A stretch of 64,000 bases of DNA from positions 90,770,001 through 90,834,000 of the forward strand of contig NC_087436.1 of the NCBI RefSeq assembly GCF_036321535.1. The letters run 5' to 3'. Positions 39,277 to 52,854 of the stretch are shown piece by piece. The notes below the pieces were generated by a model. The model made no database searches. It was given only the letters and a program-made list of their open reading frames with translations, and had not been told where the DNA came from. Made by a program: the position numbers and the translations under genes. Origin of the DNA: Camelus dromedarius (Eukaryota). Position 1 is the first letter of the stretch; the number at the start of each line of letters is the position of its first letter.

Positions 39277-40079
39277 TGAGATCATAAGAAAATCAACTAA
39301 AACAAGCAAAAATCACCCATGGGGGTGATTTCAACTGTAAATATTTTTGTTTAAAAATATAAAAGAGTTCATGTTGCTATTTAATAAATATTATTATTTG
39401 ATGCTGATAAACAAATTACCGAAGAGGAAAAAAAAATGGTTCTACATTTTAAGAGTATGAGATTAAAGTACTGATTACAGAAAAGAGATAGTATTTGTAT
39501 GTTGTTTGGTTCTACCATTATTATGACTTTACATTTAAGTCATTTCCTATTAGAAATCTTTTAAAAGAATATTATACCTATAGGCTCTTTTTTTTTTTTT
39601 TTTACTGTGGCCAAATTTAATTTTTTCCTTATAAATTTCTCTAATTCCCTTTATGCTTAAAAAGGCTTTCACCAGTTCTAGATCAAAGATACTATCCTAT
39701 GATTTCTTAATTTAATGAATTTATTTTCTTTTACATTTACCTCTTCGATTCACCTGAAGTGAACTTCTGTGAATGTACAGAGTAAAGGTTTAACACCCAC
39801 TTCAACTTCTTCTCCCTGGACTCTTACCAAAATAGTTTATTATCCCCATCTATCAACCATTCCTTCCTTTCCCAATTTGTAGTACCAAAAATCAATAACT
39901 AAGAATACTATTTTCTGCAAATATAGCACACAAAAATGTTAAAAGCTTCTGTCTGTACAGGACTCATAAGTCAATAAGAGTATTATGAGTAGCAGAAAGA
40001 AAAGTGGGAAAATAACAGAAAACTCACAAAAGAACATATATAAGCAAAAATAAATACAGGGGGAAAGTCAGTCTTCACA

Positions 40080-41775
40080 AATAAACATTCATAGACTGGA
40101 AGAATTAATATTAGTAAAATGTCCACATTAACCAAAGTGATCTACAGATTCAATGCTATTCCCATCAAAATCCCAAAGGTGTTCTTTACAGAAATAGAAA
40201 GAACAATCCTAAAATTCATATGAAATCACAAAACACCCTGCATGGCCAAAGTAAAAACCTTGAAAACGAATAAAGATAGAGGCATCACTTTTCCTAATTT
40301 CATAATATTTTACAATGCTTCAGTAATCAACATAGTAGACCATGGGCATAAAAAGACACATAGACCAAAGGAACTGATCAGACAGCCTAGAAATAAACCT
40401 AGGCATATTCAGCAAACTCATTTTTCACAATGGTGCCAAGAAGACACAATGGGGAAAGAATACTGTCTTTAATAAACAGTGTTGGGAAAAGTGGATATCT
40501 ACACCAAACCCAAAAATGAACTCAAATGGATTAAAGACTTAAGTATAAGATCCCCAATTATAAATTTCCTAAAAGAGAAAGTGTCTTGATATTGACATAA
40601 GCAATTATTTCTAGGATATGACATCAAAACACAGACAAACAAAAGCAAAAATAAAAAAGTAAGATCATACAAACCAAAAAGCATCTGCAAAACACAGGAA
40701 ACAACCAACAAAATGAAAGAACCTATAGAATGGGATAAAATATTTATAGACCATATATCTGATAAAGGGGTAATATCCAAAATACATAAGGAACACCTCA
40801 ACTCAATAGCAAAAATTAATAAATAATCCAATTCAAAAATGGGCAAAGGAACTGAATAGATGTTTCTCCAAAGATGACAGACAAATACCAAACACTAATC
40901 ATCGGGAAATGCAAATCAAAATCATAATATTACCTTACAGCTGTTAGGGCGGCTATTAAAATAATACCACCAACAACAAAAAACAACAAATGTTGGAAAT
41001 AATGTGGAGATATTAGAATACCTGGTCACTATTGGTGGGAATGTAAACTGGTTCAACCACTGTGGAAAACAGTATGTAGAGTCCTCAAAAAACATGATGT
41101 AACCACTGTATGATCTGGCGGTCCTATATCCCATTTCTGAGTATTTATCCAAAATAACTTAAGTCAGAATCTCAAAAAGATATTAGGACCCCCACGTTCA
41201 CTGCAGCACTAGTCACAATAGCCAAGATGTGGAAATAATCTAAGTGTTTACAATGAATAAATGGTTAAATAAAATGGAATATTATTCAGCCATAAAAAGG
41301 AAATTCTGCCATTTGTTACAACATAGATGAACCTGGAGGACATTATGCTAAGTGAAATAAGCCCGACACAGGAGGACAAATACCACTTATATGAGGAATC
41401 CAAAATAGTGAAATCCACAGAGACATAGTAGAATGGGGGTTTCCACAGGTTGAGGTTAGGGGTAAATGGGGAGATATTAGACAAGAACAAAAAGTTTGTT
41501 TATACAAAATGAAGAAGTCCTAGAAATTTACTGTACATCATAATGCTTACAAGTCAGCAAAGTATTAAGTATGCAATACATTGCTAAGAGTGTAAATCTT
41601 ATGTTAACTGTTCTTATCATAAAAAATTATAATTATAATATGTTGGGAAGAAACTTTTGTAGTTGTGGGTAGGTTTATGGCATAGATTGTGGTGAATGGT
41701 TTCAGTGTAGACTTATTTCCAAACTCAAAGTTTTATATGGTAATTATGCACACCTTTTGTATGTCAAAAATTAAA
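40080..41775 (+). mobile_element. Older L1 (L1MA9/10-L1MB-like), ORF2 3' half plus 3' UTR
   Basis: 'gatctacagattcaatgctattcccatcaaaatccc', 'gaacctggaggacattatgctaagtgaaataagcc' and 3' UTR 'tttatggcatagattgtggtga'. Many frameshifts. Confidence 0.9.
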
Positions 41776-41779
41776 TTTA

Positions 41780-42425
41780 GTCTTTTAATCCAAGAAATTG
41801 AAATTTAAGAATATATTCTGAAGTCTAACATAATGGCAGAGGAATTTTAAAACAAGTGACTACCTACTGTTAAATATGTGAAAACACAAAGACATTATTG
41901 GTAGAAACATAAATTTATGTATTATTTCTGGGAGGTAATTTGGCAATATGTATCAAGATTACTATTTTTAGTCTAGCAATTAAATTTCTAGGAATTGCCA
42001 GGAACAAACAAACATTCATGTACATGGAGATTTATGACAGCATTGTTTAAATTAGTAAGAAGCTGAGACTACTTAAATATTCATCACTAGGTAGATTTTT
42101 AAATGAGCTTCGTGTTTAGCTAAACTTCGTTAAGTATTTTTCAGATATTAAAATAGTTCTAAGAAATATTTAACAGGAGAAATATTATAGATATTAGAAA
42201 GAGGTTAATACTTTCATGCATATTCCAAACAATCTCCATTTTGCTTAAGTACACATATTTGTTTAGGACAAAAATAAAGATTGTAAATGTATGTGTGCTC
42301 TAAAATGTTAGTAACATTAACTCTGGGTGGGTGGTAGTATATGCGACCTTTACTTAATATGTTATATTTTTAGCCTCATATCAGTGTTCTATAATATCTC
42401 TATTATTTTTACACTCAGAAAAAAA
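41780..42425 (+). mobile_element. Ancient L1ME-like remnant
   Basis: 'ggtaatttggcaatatgtatcaag' and 'ctagcaattaaatttctaggaatt'. Confidence 0.6.
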
Positions 42426-43435
42426 ATATTTTAATTAGGTATCTAAGAACAAAGTGGCCTGTGTAACATAGTAGTTAAAGGAATACAACTAGAATTACTA
42501 ACTCAATATGCCTATAAAATTATATGTAAGTTTTCATTTGGGAAAGGGACCAATTAAGTCTGCTGTAGATACAGCTATTACTGAAGATAGGCTGGAGGTG
42601 CTAAAGGGTATTTTATTTTGTTTTTAAGAAACAGAACAAATGCACATATGTACATATAAAACTGCTGAGTAAAAACAGAAAATAAATTAAGGATATTAGA
42701 AGCCTTCCATCTGCCACCAGAACAAAGTAATACAAGTAAGAAGTAGCTCATTTTAATATTCTTTTTCTAAAATGAAGGCTTTTAGAACAAATATCCTGAA
42801 TTATATTACACGTATATTTTATTATGAGTTGGAACGTACCGTAAACATAACTAAAAAGCTCTAGGAACTTCCTAGTTAGTAAATTTTTTTACCTAAGGCA
42901 TTTCACATGCTCTTTTTCTCTACATGAAATGCTGCTCTGCTTCTGCCCTCTTCACCCCCAGACCCTTAGCTCCAATAACTTGAGCTCACCTTCCGGCTCT
43001 TGCTTTATCAATCTCTTCAGTTACCTTGCATTCATCCTCTAGGGTAAGGATCCTCGCTCCGGGTTGACATAATAGCTAAGCCTACATTCCTTCCCAGCAT
43101 TTATCCAAATAAGTAAATATATATATATATATTTTCCTGGAACATACTATATACTTCACAGCCATTTGTTGACTAGATTAATAAATGAACAAATCCATAA
43201 CTGTAGTCGAGAGATTTCCCAACATGACATTTACATGCTCTTCTGACTCTCATAGTTGTCAGCGACATATTAGTAACTCTATTTTACACACGAGTAAATA
43301 AAAAATTAGAGATTAAATTCTCACACAAAGCCACCTGGCTAGGGTCTATGACATGAAAATGCTTATATACTATTTGGTGTCAATTTCAGCATGGTTTAAT
43401 AACTCAACTATGGAGCCACATCATTCATTCATTCA

Positions 43436-43735
43436 GCGAAAAGCACTTGCCGTTATAAAATGCATCCTTCTTTTCCCGGGGATAAATACTACGACATACC
43501 ACTAGAACGCTGGTCCACGGAACGCACTTCAGAGCCCACTTCCGCTCCCCTGCGCTGGCACCGCTGTGGATAATGAAGAGTTCAGCACATCTTTCGCTGA
43601 CACTCTGTTGAGATAGGGCTTTTCTTTTTATTCCTGCTCCAAAGCCTGAATCTCTGGGCCACTGGGCCTCTTTATCACTATCGCAGCACCGCCACTGAAG
43701 CTGTGTGTGTATCCTTGGAGCTAAAAATAACTCGA
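43436..43735. promoter_or_regulatory. CpG-retaining non-repeat element (candidate promoter, enhancer or exon)
   Basis: I count 14 CpG in about 300 bp in a CpG-poor background. ETS-type GCGGAAGTG on the minus strand at 43537-43545. Confidence 0.45.
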
Positions 43736-44249
43736 TTTGATTGTTCAAGCCCAGGAGTTGCCAGGCCCTGAAGCTCACCTCTGGCTTTTATCCTAACTAA
43801 AAGCAGATAGCCACATACAATAGCAAGTGCAGGGAGAGCCTGAATATGCTCACACACTTCCCACAACCCCAGACCTGAGCAACTGACTCGAAGGAAGGGC
43901 TTCTTTAACAAGTTGTCAGTTATGTCCGCTTAGGATTTTTTTTTTTTTGCCTTGTTCCTTAAGAGGATGAACAACCTCTTGGTTTCATGGGAACTTATCA
44001 GCTGTTTTCTTTTTTTTTTTTTTTCTTGGCAATGGACTGTGAAAATGAAATAAATTGCTTAGTGTTTTTACTATTGATCCAATTTGTATCAGTAATCAGA
44101 TTCAAAAACCAATTAACAGTGGTGAGAGGAGGGTGTTCTGCCCTAGTAAGAGTCTTAAAGCAGTTCCTGAGCAAGGGCATCTGACTGCGCAATACAATGA
44201 ACTAGAAATAAAGAAAAAATTAACGTATCAACTTGAGTTTTACCTAATG

Positions 44250-44980
44250 CATCACATGAAATTATTTTAAAGAGGACGTTATGATTATCCCACCTTGGAA
44301 AAAGTAGTAAGAATTAATCTGAAACAGTTTTTCACTTATCGAACTGGTAAAAATTTGAAGTTTTATATCAAATGTACTGCAGACTGTAGAAAATAAACAC
44401 TGCTAATCGAATATTATTTGTGATAGTAACTTTATGGGGAAATTTAGTATCATCTGTTACAAATGAGACTATGTGAACCTGACAGTCTGAGTTTTACTTC
44501 TCCATACATATTCTTGAAAAACACTGGCATCTGAACTTAAGTCATATTCAAGGATGCTTTGTGGTTTTACTTATAAGAGTAAAAACTGGAAATAACCTCA
44601 ATTCAATTAGTGAAGAGGATACTGTATTATGAAATACAATAGAAAAAAGAATGAGGTAGATATTTATGTTCTAGCATAGAGAGATTTTTAAGCTATAGTG
44701 TCCAGTGTGAGGGGGCCCAGCAAATTACAGAACAGTGGGCTTTATGTCAAAAACAAAACAATACTCTTTTCTATAGTTATGTACATTTATGCAATACAAA
44801 TATGAGAAAAAGATACTAGGAAGATACACATGAGAAGTTATTTCTCTAGCTGGTTCTAAAGGAGGATGAAAGGGGCCAAGACTGCAGTTGTGATGAAGAA
44901 AAGTTAGATTTACACGACATGTTTAATATTAACAAAGACAATGTAATTAGCGTGTTGCTTATATAGTTAAAATTAATAGA
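44250..44980 (+). mobile_element. Ancient L1ME-like remnant
   Basis: 'tttttcacttatcgaactggtaaaaattt', 'aaaaactggaaataacct' and 'aaagaatgaggtagatatttatgt'. Confidence 0.65.
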
Positions 44981-47509
44981 ACAGAAATATTCTAAATACA
45001 ATTTGGCTTTAAATGTATCACTTTGAATGTATGCCTCAGAGAAAATTTTGAGCTGGTCATCAGTAACTGATCACAAAAATGACCCAGTTCTTTTTTTTTT
45101 TTTTTTTTTTTTCTAAAATGGGTTTTCTGAAGCAATATAAAGCAGCTGATCTAATAAGAGAACTCCAGTTTCTCTGAATAGATCTGGAAGATAAGACAAG
45201 TCATTATTACCTAGAGTGCTAGTGCTGAGGGGGCCAGTGAAGGTCAACGGACTCTTCTTTGCAGGAGAAGAGGGCATGGGGGCAGAGGAAAGTGCTAACG
45301 AAAGTCAGTCAGTGGGCAAAAGGGCCACGGTCCCCTCGACCCCTACTCACCCTGAATGAAAACACCCGTAGGACAGCTTCCTGCCAAGATTCCAGAATGA
45401 GAGACTGGGTGAATAGGTAACCTCAAATTTCCTTTCTCTTTTCCTTCATCTCTCACTACACCAGACAAATGGGCCTCTGTTCCTATTCTGACTCTCATTA
45501 ATACTGATGAATTTCAGAATTCACAAGGGCAAGCTGGGAGAAGCAGGGTCTTCTTACTCTGCTTCCTCTTGTTAACACAAAGTGGTAATCTAGGACAAGG
45601 GTAATTATTAAATTTTAGGATTTTAATTTCTTTTTGTACACTTTTACTTTTAAATCAAAATCATCTCTCTATATTAAGCCCTCTTCCGCATTGGAGGTTA
45701 CAATGATGCAGTGAATACATTTGGGAGACTGATGATGTAAGACCGAATTACTGTGTAATATTTACTAGGAAGCTTAACACTGTCAAGTTGCTTAACTATT
45801 TTTACCCTATTTTAGAAAAAGACAAGGGTGGCACATTATTCCCTGACATGATGATCTCATAACGTCTCTCTAAGAATGAAAGCACAAAAGAGCTTTAAAA
45901 ATTATAAATCACTGTACAACTTATAATTAATAGTAGGTTAAGTCCAGCTGTGTTTTTGGAAATATAAAAATTGTGAATATAAAAGGTAATAAAAAAATTA
46001 TATTCAGGGTCTATATTTTTATTAAGGAGGAAAGAAATGGAAAGATGATCAAATTTTGCAAAATATACTTTTAAGTTCATAAGATATAAATATCAAGAAT
46101 TCAAACACATTTATTCCCCTTAAACTAAATTTTTATTATAGTGACCGTTCATTGTCTTTAGTCTTTTGAGCAAACACGCCATTAAGTGAAATATAGTAGA
46201 AAAAGCATGCTCTTGAGAATGTAGAAATGAAAGGTGTAGAGTGTGGCTAGAGACACCTGTGGAAGTAATAAAATATTTGGAATTCTAGAATTTTATCTCA
46301 ATTGCTTGAGAGGGAAAGAAAAGAAATACATCAAGAGAAATGAAACTGGGGTGAGTTTTCTAGAAAACTAATTTTAGATGAAAATCTCAAAAAGGTTTTA
46401 AGTTCCAGGAGACGCATAGCAGCTATTCTGAAACTTAAAAAGACCAACAAAAGATTGCCACTGGAGTTCAAGCCCCGGCTTGAGTGTGACCCCAGAGAGA
46501 GCACTCTCCTCTGGCCAAAGGATGCCAGGGTGATGGCTTTTTGACTGCACTCACTGATGCATAATTTTTTTTGGCTTGACCTCACATGGATGCCACTTTC
46601 GTCTCATAACTCCCAAAACACAAACTGTCACTACACCCTAGTAGCTTTGATGACTAAAACATAATATTTTATCTCTTACTTTCTGAAGGAATGAAGAGAA
46701 AAAACATTTTTCTCAATCGAAACAGATTTATAAATCATTGATGATCATACTATTAACAAAATTTACATAGCATTTTTTGTGTTCTAGGCACTATATAAAG
46801 CTCTTTATATTTAATCTTCACAATGACCCTGTGAAATATGTACCATTTTATATACACATACAAACACATATACACAAACTCATATATACACAAACATACA
46901 TATATGATTGCAAAATATACATGCATTTATATATAATTTTATATTTGGCTCATAGCTTTCAAATATTTTGTTTTTATCACTTAAATACTAGAGCAGATGA
47001 TTTTTTGCAATGAAAACATACATAAACTTCAGGGCCACAGTTCATAGTGTAAAAATGACATGGGTTCTTCATTTTTTGGAGTTTTCTTAATAAGCATAGA
47101 CTGTGTAAATTCACTGCTTAAATTATATTTTTGTTAAAATAGAAAAATACTACATTGAATTCAAGTTACAACTAGAAGTGAGGCTAGAAAAAAACAAATT
47201 AGGAATTAGAATTGCTCAAATATTTCATAAAGCTCATTAGCTCATAAAGATCACCTCACTAGCATTTGGCCGCTCAACACCCTTGCCTTCTTTTTCTCCA
47301 CCCTGAATGAAAAGTGATTGTCAAAGCTCAGATTCTCAATTTACTGCAACGCATCAGGCTCCTTGCTAGCCACGAGTGACTTATAGAACACTGAACACGG
47401 AGCTTGTGGGGTGGAGGGGAGGCAAGTGTGTACAGTAGCTGTACAGTGTGCTGATAGCGGAGATAAGGGTAGTACAAAGTGCTCCAGAACCACAGAGCCA
47501 GCCACAAGA

Positions 47510-47528
47510 TGTGTGTGTGTGTGTGTGT
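47510..47528. repeat. (TG)n microsatellite, about 9 units
   Basis: Directly visible. Confidence 0.9.
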
Positions 47529-48696
47529 AAAATCCATGTCTTATTCTGAAGTAGTTAGATGAGGGAAAGGCAGAGAGCACAGACTGGGCAAAATATTATC
47601 TGGTCCTCGGGAAAGAATGCATTTTGGCCACACAAAGTGCAGCTCTTACCTTGCAAAAGCTGAAGAATTAGGTGTAGGAAGTAAATTCAGAAATGACAGA
47701 ATCTAGAAAACCCAGGAGTCACTGTAATAGAAGTTATAAGAATTCCATTTATCCTTGATGGCCAAGATCCTAAAAATTCAGGTTTCAATGATTACATTAT
47801 TTTTTTTCCCCAAATTCTGAATAAAATAGCTGTTCCTCTGACATAAGGAACTTCTACTAAGACATTAAGATAATGGGCAAAAGACAAAGAACACTCTACC
47901 ATCAATGTTGGGAGTATGAGAAAAAAATGTAAAGATGGTGTGTCATGATCTGTCCAGTCTCAATCAAGCATGCTAATAAAGTTGAACATAGAACCAAAAT
48001 AAATTTCTGCCATCTCATAGCCTGAGTTTCTAAAAACTTTAGATTATGGGACCTCAAACAACTATCACTTTTGAAATTTATATTAAAATTGGATGCATGA
48101 AATAGCCAAAAAGACTGAAGTTGGGAAGATGCATATAAATAGAAAATAAAAATCAAGTCCATGTAGTGATAACCAAAACCCATTTGGAGGTGGTGGCCAG
48201 TTCAAAATATCTACTATGTGACATCTAAATACTACTCCAAGCTTCTGCCCCTGGTCATACATATAAATTAGGAGTAGACTACTTCTCCATTGCATACGTT
48301 AACAAATGGAGTAGATTAGGCAGTAAGATGAGAAGCCTGATTGCATTTTCAAATATTTCAATTTCAGTTTTCAGAGAAAACCCACTTATTTTTAACCTAG
48401 CTCCTATATCAAGTCTTACTCAAAATACAGATAATGTCTGCATTTTAAATTAACATATAAATGACTATTGACTTAGAAAAACTAAGCTGACCCTGAGGTC
48501 CTTTAGCCATCAGCGAAGACTAATGAAATAAAGAGCATTTTAAGTTATGGGGAAAGTGTCACCAAATTTTCATTGATTTGTTCAGTAAGTATTCATAGGG
48601 CATAGTTGTGAAGAATATAAAATTCCCTGCACTCAATATCTGAATTATGCACTTAAGTATATAAAAATCACAATTATAAAATGCTAAATAGTAGTT

Positions 48697-49082
48697 ATAG
48701 TATCAGGGTTCTCCAGGCAAACAGAACCAATAGGATATGTGTACATGTATATTAAGAAATTTGTTTTAATTGTAGGAAGCCCCCAAGCTTGAAATTTGTA
48801 GGGAAAGAAACTGGAAACTCAGGCAAGATTTCTATAGTATAGTCTTGAGGTAGAATTCATTCTTTTCTGAGAAAACTCAGTTTTTGCTTTTAAGACTGTC
48901 AACTGATTGGATGAGGCCCACCCACATTATCAGGGGCATTCTCTATTACTTAACATTTTACTAGTTATATGTTAATCACATCTATGAAATATCTTCATAG
49001 AAATATCTAGACTAGTGTTTAATTAGGCCAAACAATTGGGCACCACAGCCTAGCTAAGTTAACCATAAAATTTAACCATCAT
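48697..49082 (-). mobile_element. ERVL solo LTR (MLT2C/D-like)
   Basis: 'cagggttctccaggcaaacagaaccaatagga', 'caactgattggatgaggcccacccacattat' and terminus 'ataaaatttaaccatca'. Confidence 0.9.
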
Positions 49083-49434
49083 GGCAGTTCAAGATAATAG
49101 ACACTGAAAGTAATTATTTCAGAGATAGAACACTTGATATTGTAGCTCTCTGATCAGTTTTAATCATATACAAATCCCCATCCTGCAGGATGACAAGTAA
49201 GAGGCCTGGACAGGTAATGAAACTCATGTCACTATGAGAAAGAATTATTAACTAGAGAACCATTGAGCAGAGGGCTCTGCCACTTAAGAAGGGAGTCTGA
49301 AATAACTTCATCATTTCTGCTGAAACCTCTCGCATGGCATGGGGAAGACAATAACTGAAAAAGGAGGACGATGTGGCCTTGAAACTAGGTGTCCTTATCT
49401 TTTAGAAATGGAAGGAAGATACAGGAAGTAAGTA

Positions 49435-50042
49435 TGCTAAAAAAAAAGAAAAGCTATCTTTAACATTAGGTGCTGGTCTAATACTATTAGCTGGACCCTA
49501 ATGTTGCTAGGAGGTTACCTGGTACTCACAGTGAGGTCTTGGTGTTCTCTTATGAACATAATTTTACAGAACAATTTTACAGAATTTTACATCAATGTCA
49601 GACAAGACCACACTGTGGTTGCCATGGAGCAAGACAAAAAGCAACACCAATCCCTATACATGACTGAACATAAAGATTGTATAAACCACAAAAAAAGCCC
49701 AACACCCCGTCTTTCCTGCCTCATGAGTAATGGCCGCTTATGAGTTGCAGCTTTAGCCTCACTCTGTTATTCTTTCTTTCTAGATAGGATCTCTTAAAAT
49801 ACCGAATCATGGTACCCACACTTCCTGATGGGGTCCAATTCAGAACAAAGTCTAGCTTTTCTAAACTCTCCCCAAAACACCTACCACGTAGAGCCCAAAT
49901 TCTACAATAAATCCTCTCTACCACTTCGTTACTTAGATGTCACCCAGTACCCAGTGGTGTGGTACCTTGTTAAAAGTGCAATACATCAAAATTGTTCAAC
50001 TACACATGCATTTCTGATGATCTTTAGCAGAGGGCATGGACA
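49435..50042 (+). mobile_element. ERV1 solo LTR (MER90/MER110-like)
   Basis: Internal AATAAA. Terminus 'ttgttcaactacacatgcatttctgatgatctttagcagagggcatggaca' resembles recalled MER90/110 ends. 5' boundary approximate. Confidence 0.6.
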
Positions 50043-52111
50043 AAGGCAAGCAAGCAAGAAAGAGACTAACCATTATGTGGATCAGAAATATGGTCTCTGG
50101 TAGACCAAAAAGAATTACCATGATAACTATTTTGCCAAATCAGTTTTCAACTGAATGGATGACTACAATAATACAAAATATATAGTGGATGACTGTGATA
50201 AAACACAATATATAGAATCTTCACAAAAATATTTTAAGTATACCTAGTTGTAAAACTGGCTACTTTTTTAAACTGCAAAATGGCAGAGTTCATTTTGGGA
50301 TTAACTCATGAGAAAGTTGTATATACTATGTAGGGGGACAAGCCAAGTTATTACTTTGACATAAAGCTTGACAGACTGACTCTTTGGTAATTTCATGACA
50401 GATATTCTGAGGATAAACTCTTCCCCAGTATACTCACTTGGAAATCATATTTTTCTTAAGTGAAGAAATCCAGTTTGGGAATTTTGATGCTGCAAGCATT
50501 CATCTAAATACTTTTTCCTGGCTATCCATTATCACTGATAATATCTATATTTTCAATGTATGGTTTACTTCCAAAACATCTACTGTGTTCATAATGCAGA
50601 CTTGATAATAAATCCATGACACTCTACCAAGAGGAAAACTGAGCTCTATCAATTTATATAATACTTGAACTAACTCTGTCCAACATGTAGGCTGTGATGT
50701 ATGAATGGAGGTTAAAACTAAACCGGTGTGCATGTGCATGTCTGGGTGTTTGCCATCCCAAGATCCAGAGTCCTCTGGAGCATTTTCTTGTTTGAGTTCA
50801 CCCACGTGCCTTGAGTTCTCAGGCTCTACCCTGGGAAATGTCAAGGTGCTGGATGAGGAGCTGTAGTGTACTGAGTTTGCAAATGTCCTCAGAATAAAAG
50901 AATCAACCTCAAAGAAGACGATTTTAATGATGACCCATCATACGGTTTGAAAAGATAAAGGAAACAAGGGAAGAGTCCGGGTCATGCTACCGTGTACTGG
51001 TTTGGGGTCATAAGGATCAGATGCAGAAGCACTAGGACATGAAGAAAGGCATTCAGAGGGAGTGGCATTCACCCAAAGGGAAAGCTCTTGCTTATGAGCG
51101 TCTGGTGAAGAATGAGTTGATGGAAAACAGCACTGAGTATTTCAGTCAGCTTACTCCCAAGATAATTTCATAAGCATGCCTTGTGTATTAAAATTGTCCC
51201 TAATAACTTAGGTTTAAACAATCATCTAAAAAGTAGTAATGGTGAGAAATGATGTAAAAATAACAAATGTAGAAAACTTTCCAGAATGTTCTCCCTATTA
51301 AAAATGACTCAGTCAGAAGATAAATCCTATGAACTTATGAACACAATTTTAGCTAGCATCCAATTCTAAATACTACGCAAATTTGTAAGGGAAGAAAATA
51401 CTTGAGTACAAAGAATATAGGAAACTTTTAAATCATAGAATATCTCAGTGAACATCAGAACGTTGCTGTTGAAAGGAACCAATATACATGCAGTGTAACC
51501 TCCCAAAGCATAAGTCAGCCTCAAAACATGAGAACTCCTCCTGCAGGGAAATTCTGTGCATTTGATCAATGGTGCACATTGATTTTTTCTTTCTGGTATT
51601 AATGTCATTTATTTTTCCTGCCCTTTTTCTTCTTTTTTCTGGGGTAGGGGATTGTCTTCATACCCACTTAATTTGCTTTTTCTTAAGTTTATCACCTTTT
51701 CATTTGTGTCAAGGAAAGACATTACAAAACAACCACTATTACTATTATTTTGTAAAAGAAAGTTAATTACAACATCAAAAGGTACGAAGGGTATAATCTT
51801 AGAATAAAGAACAGTTTCTTTAAGTTACAACAGATCAGGAAATTTATGCCAATATCACACAAACACACCATCACCATTGTCCATATAGTTCTCATTTTGT
51901 CATGGAGTAACAAAACATATACCCTGAACTCATTACTAGATGAGGTGATCTCTCAGATGTCTTTTGGATTCTTATGATTGTGTTCAAGTTCTATTTTATA
52001 TGTATTTTTATATGGTAGTCCATTTTTCAAATTTTTCCATTTTCAACATGTGTAATCCTACACATGGATTGTTGATATTTTCCAATACCAAACAGACTCC
52101 CTCTTCCCCAT

Positions 52112-52750
52112 TCTTTTAACTGAAATTCTTATGGAGAAAGTTGTATATTCAAATGCAATGGTAATACAGTTCATATATAGTTTTAAGAAGTAATATACAA
52201 ATCCCGTATTCACTTTCCCCATCTATTTCCCCAAATTATAATAACATTTTGCAAAATATGAAGATATTGAATGGATACAATAAATAACAGTTCATTCTGA
52301 TTTCACTGATTTTACCTGTACTCATTTGGGCATGTTTATGTGAACATGCATGGGGTGGGGGGCAGTGTTTAGTTCTATTTACTACTAGCACAACTATAGG
52401 TTCACATATCCATCAACAGTCAAGAAATGAAGAGCCCCATGATTGCAAGAATCCCTTGTGTTGACCTTTTATAATCATACTCACCTTCCCCTACTCAGTC
52501 CCCCTTCCTAACTCCCAGCAGTGTTTACATTTCAAAATGTTATATAAATGGAATAATATAGTATTTAACTTTCGGTGTTGGTTTATTTCACTGAGAGTCA
52601 TCCGAGTTGCTGTGTTTATCAACACTTTGTTCCTTCTTCTTGTTGAGTACGTACGTGCCATGGATTGTTGGCCATTCATCCACTCAAGATTATCTGGATT
52701 GATGACATATTCTGGCTACTCAAAATAAAGCTTCTTTGAATATTTGTGTA
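52112..52750 (-). mobile_element. L1MC/MD-like 3' UTR
   Basis: 'ataacattttgcaaaa', 'cccttgtgttgaccttttataatcatactcacc' and 'aaatgttatataaatggaataatata'. Confidence 0.8.
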
Positions 52751-52854
52751 AAAAAAAAATAACAGAAGCACAAATAAAGGCTTTAAAGGAACTTTGTCAT
52801 CACAGGAGAGGTAGAAGATGATTATGCATATGTGCAGGGTCCATGTGAATGTAC

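Noticed and set aside
47645..47715. Minus-strand exon-like segment ending AAG|GTAAGA
   Set aside because: Short pyrimidine tract, two frames closed and an unrecognisable peptide; insufficient evidence.
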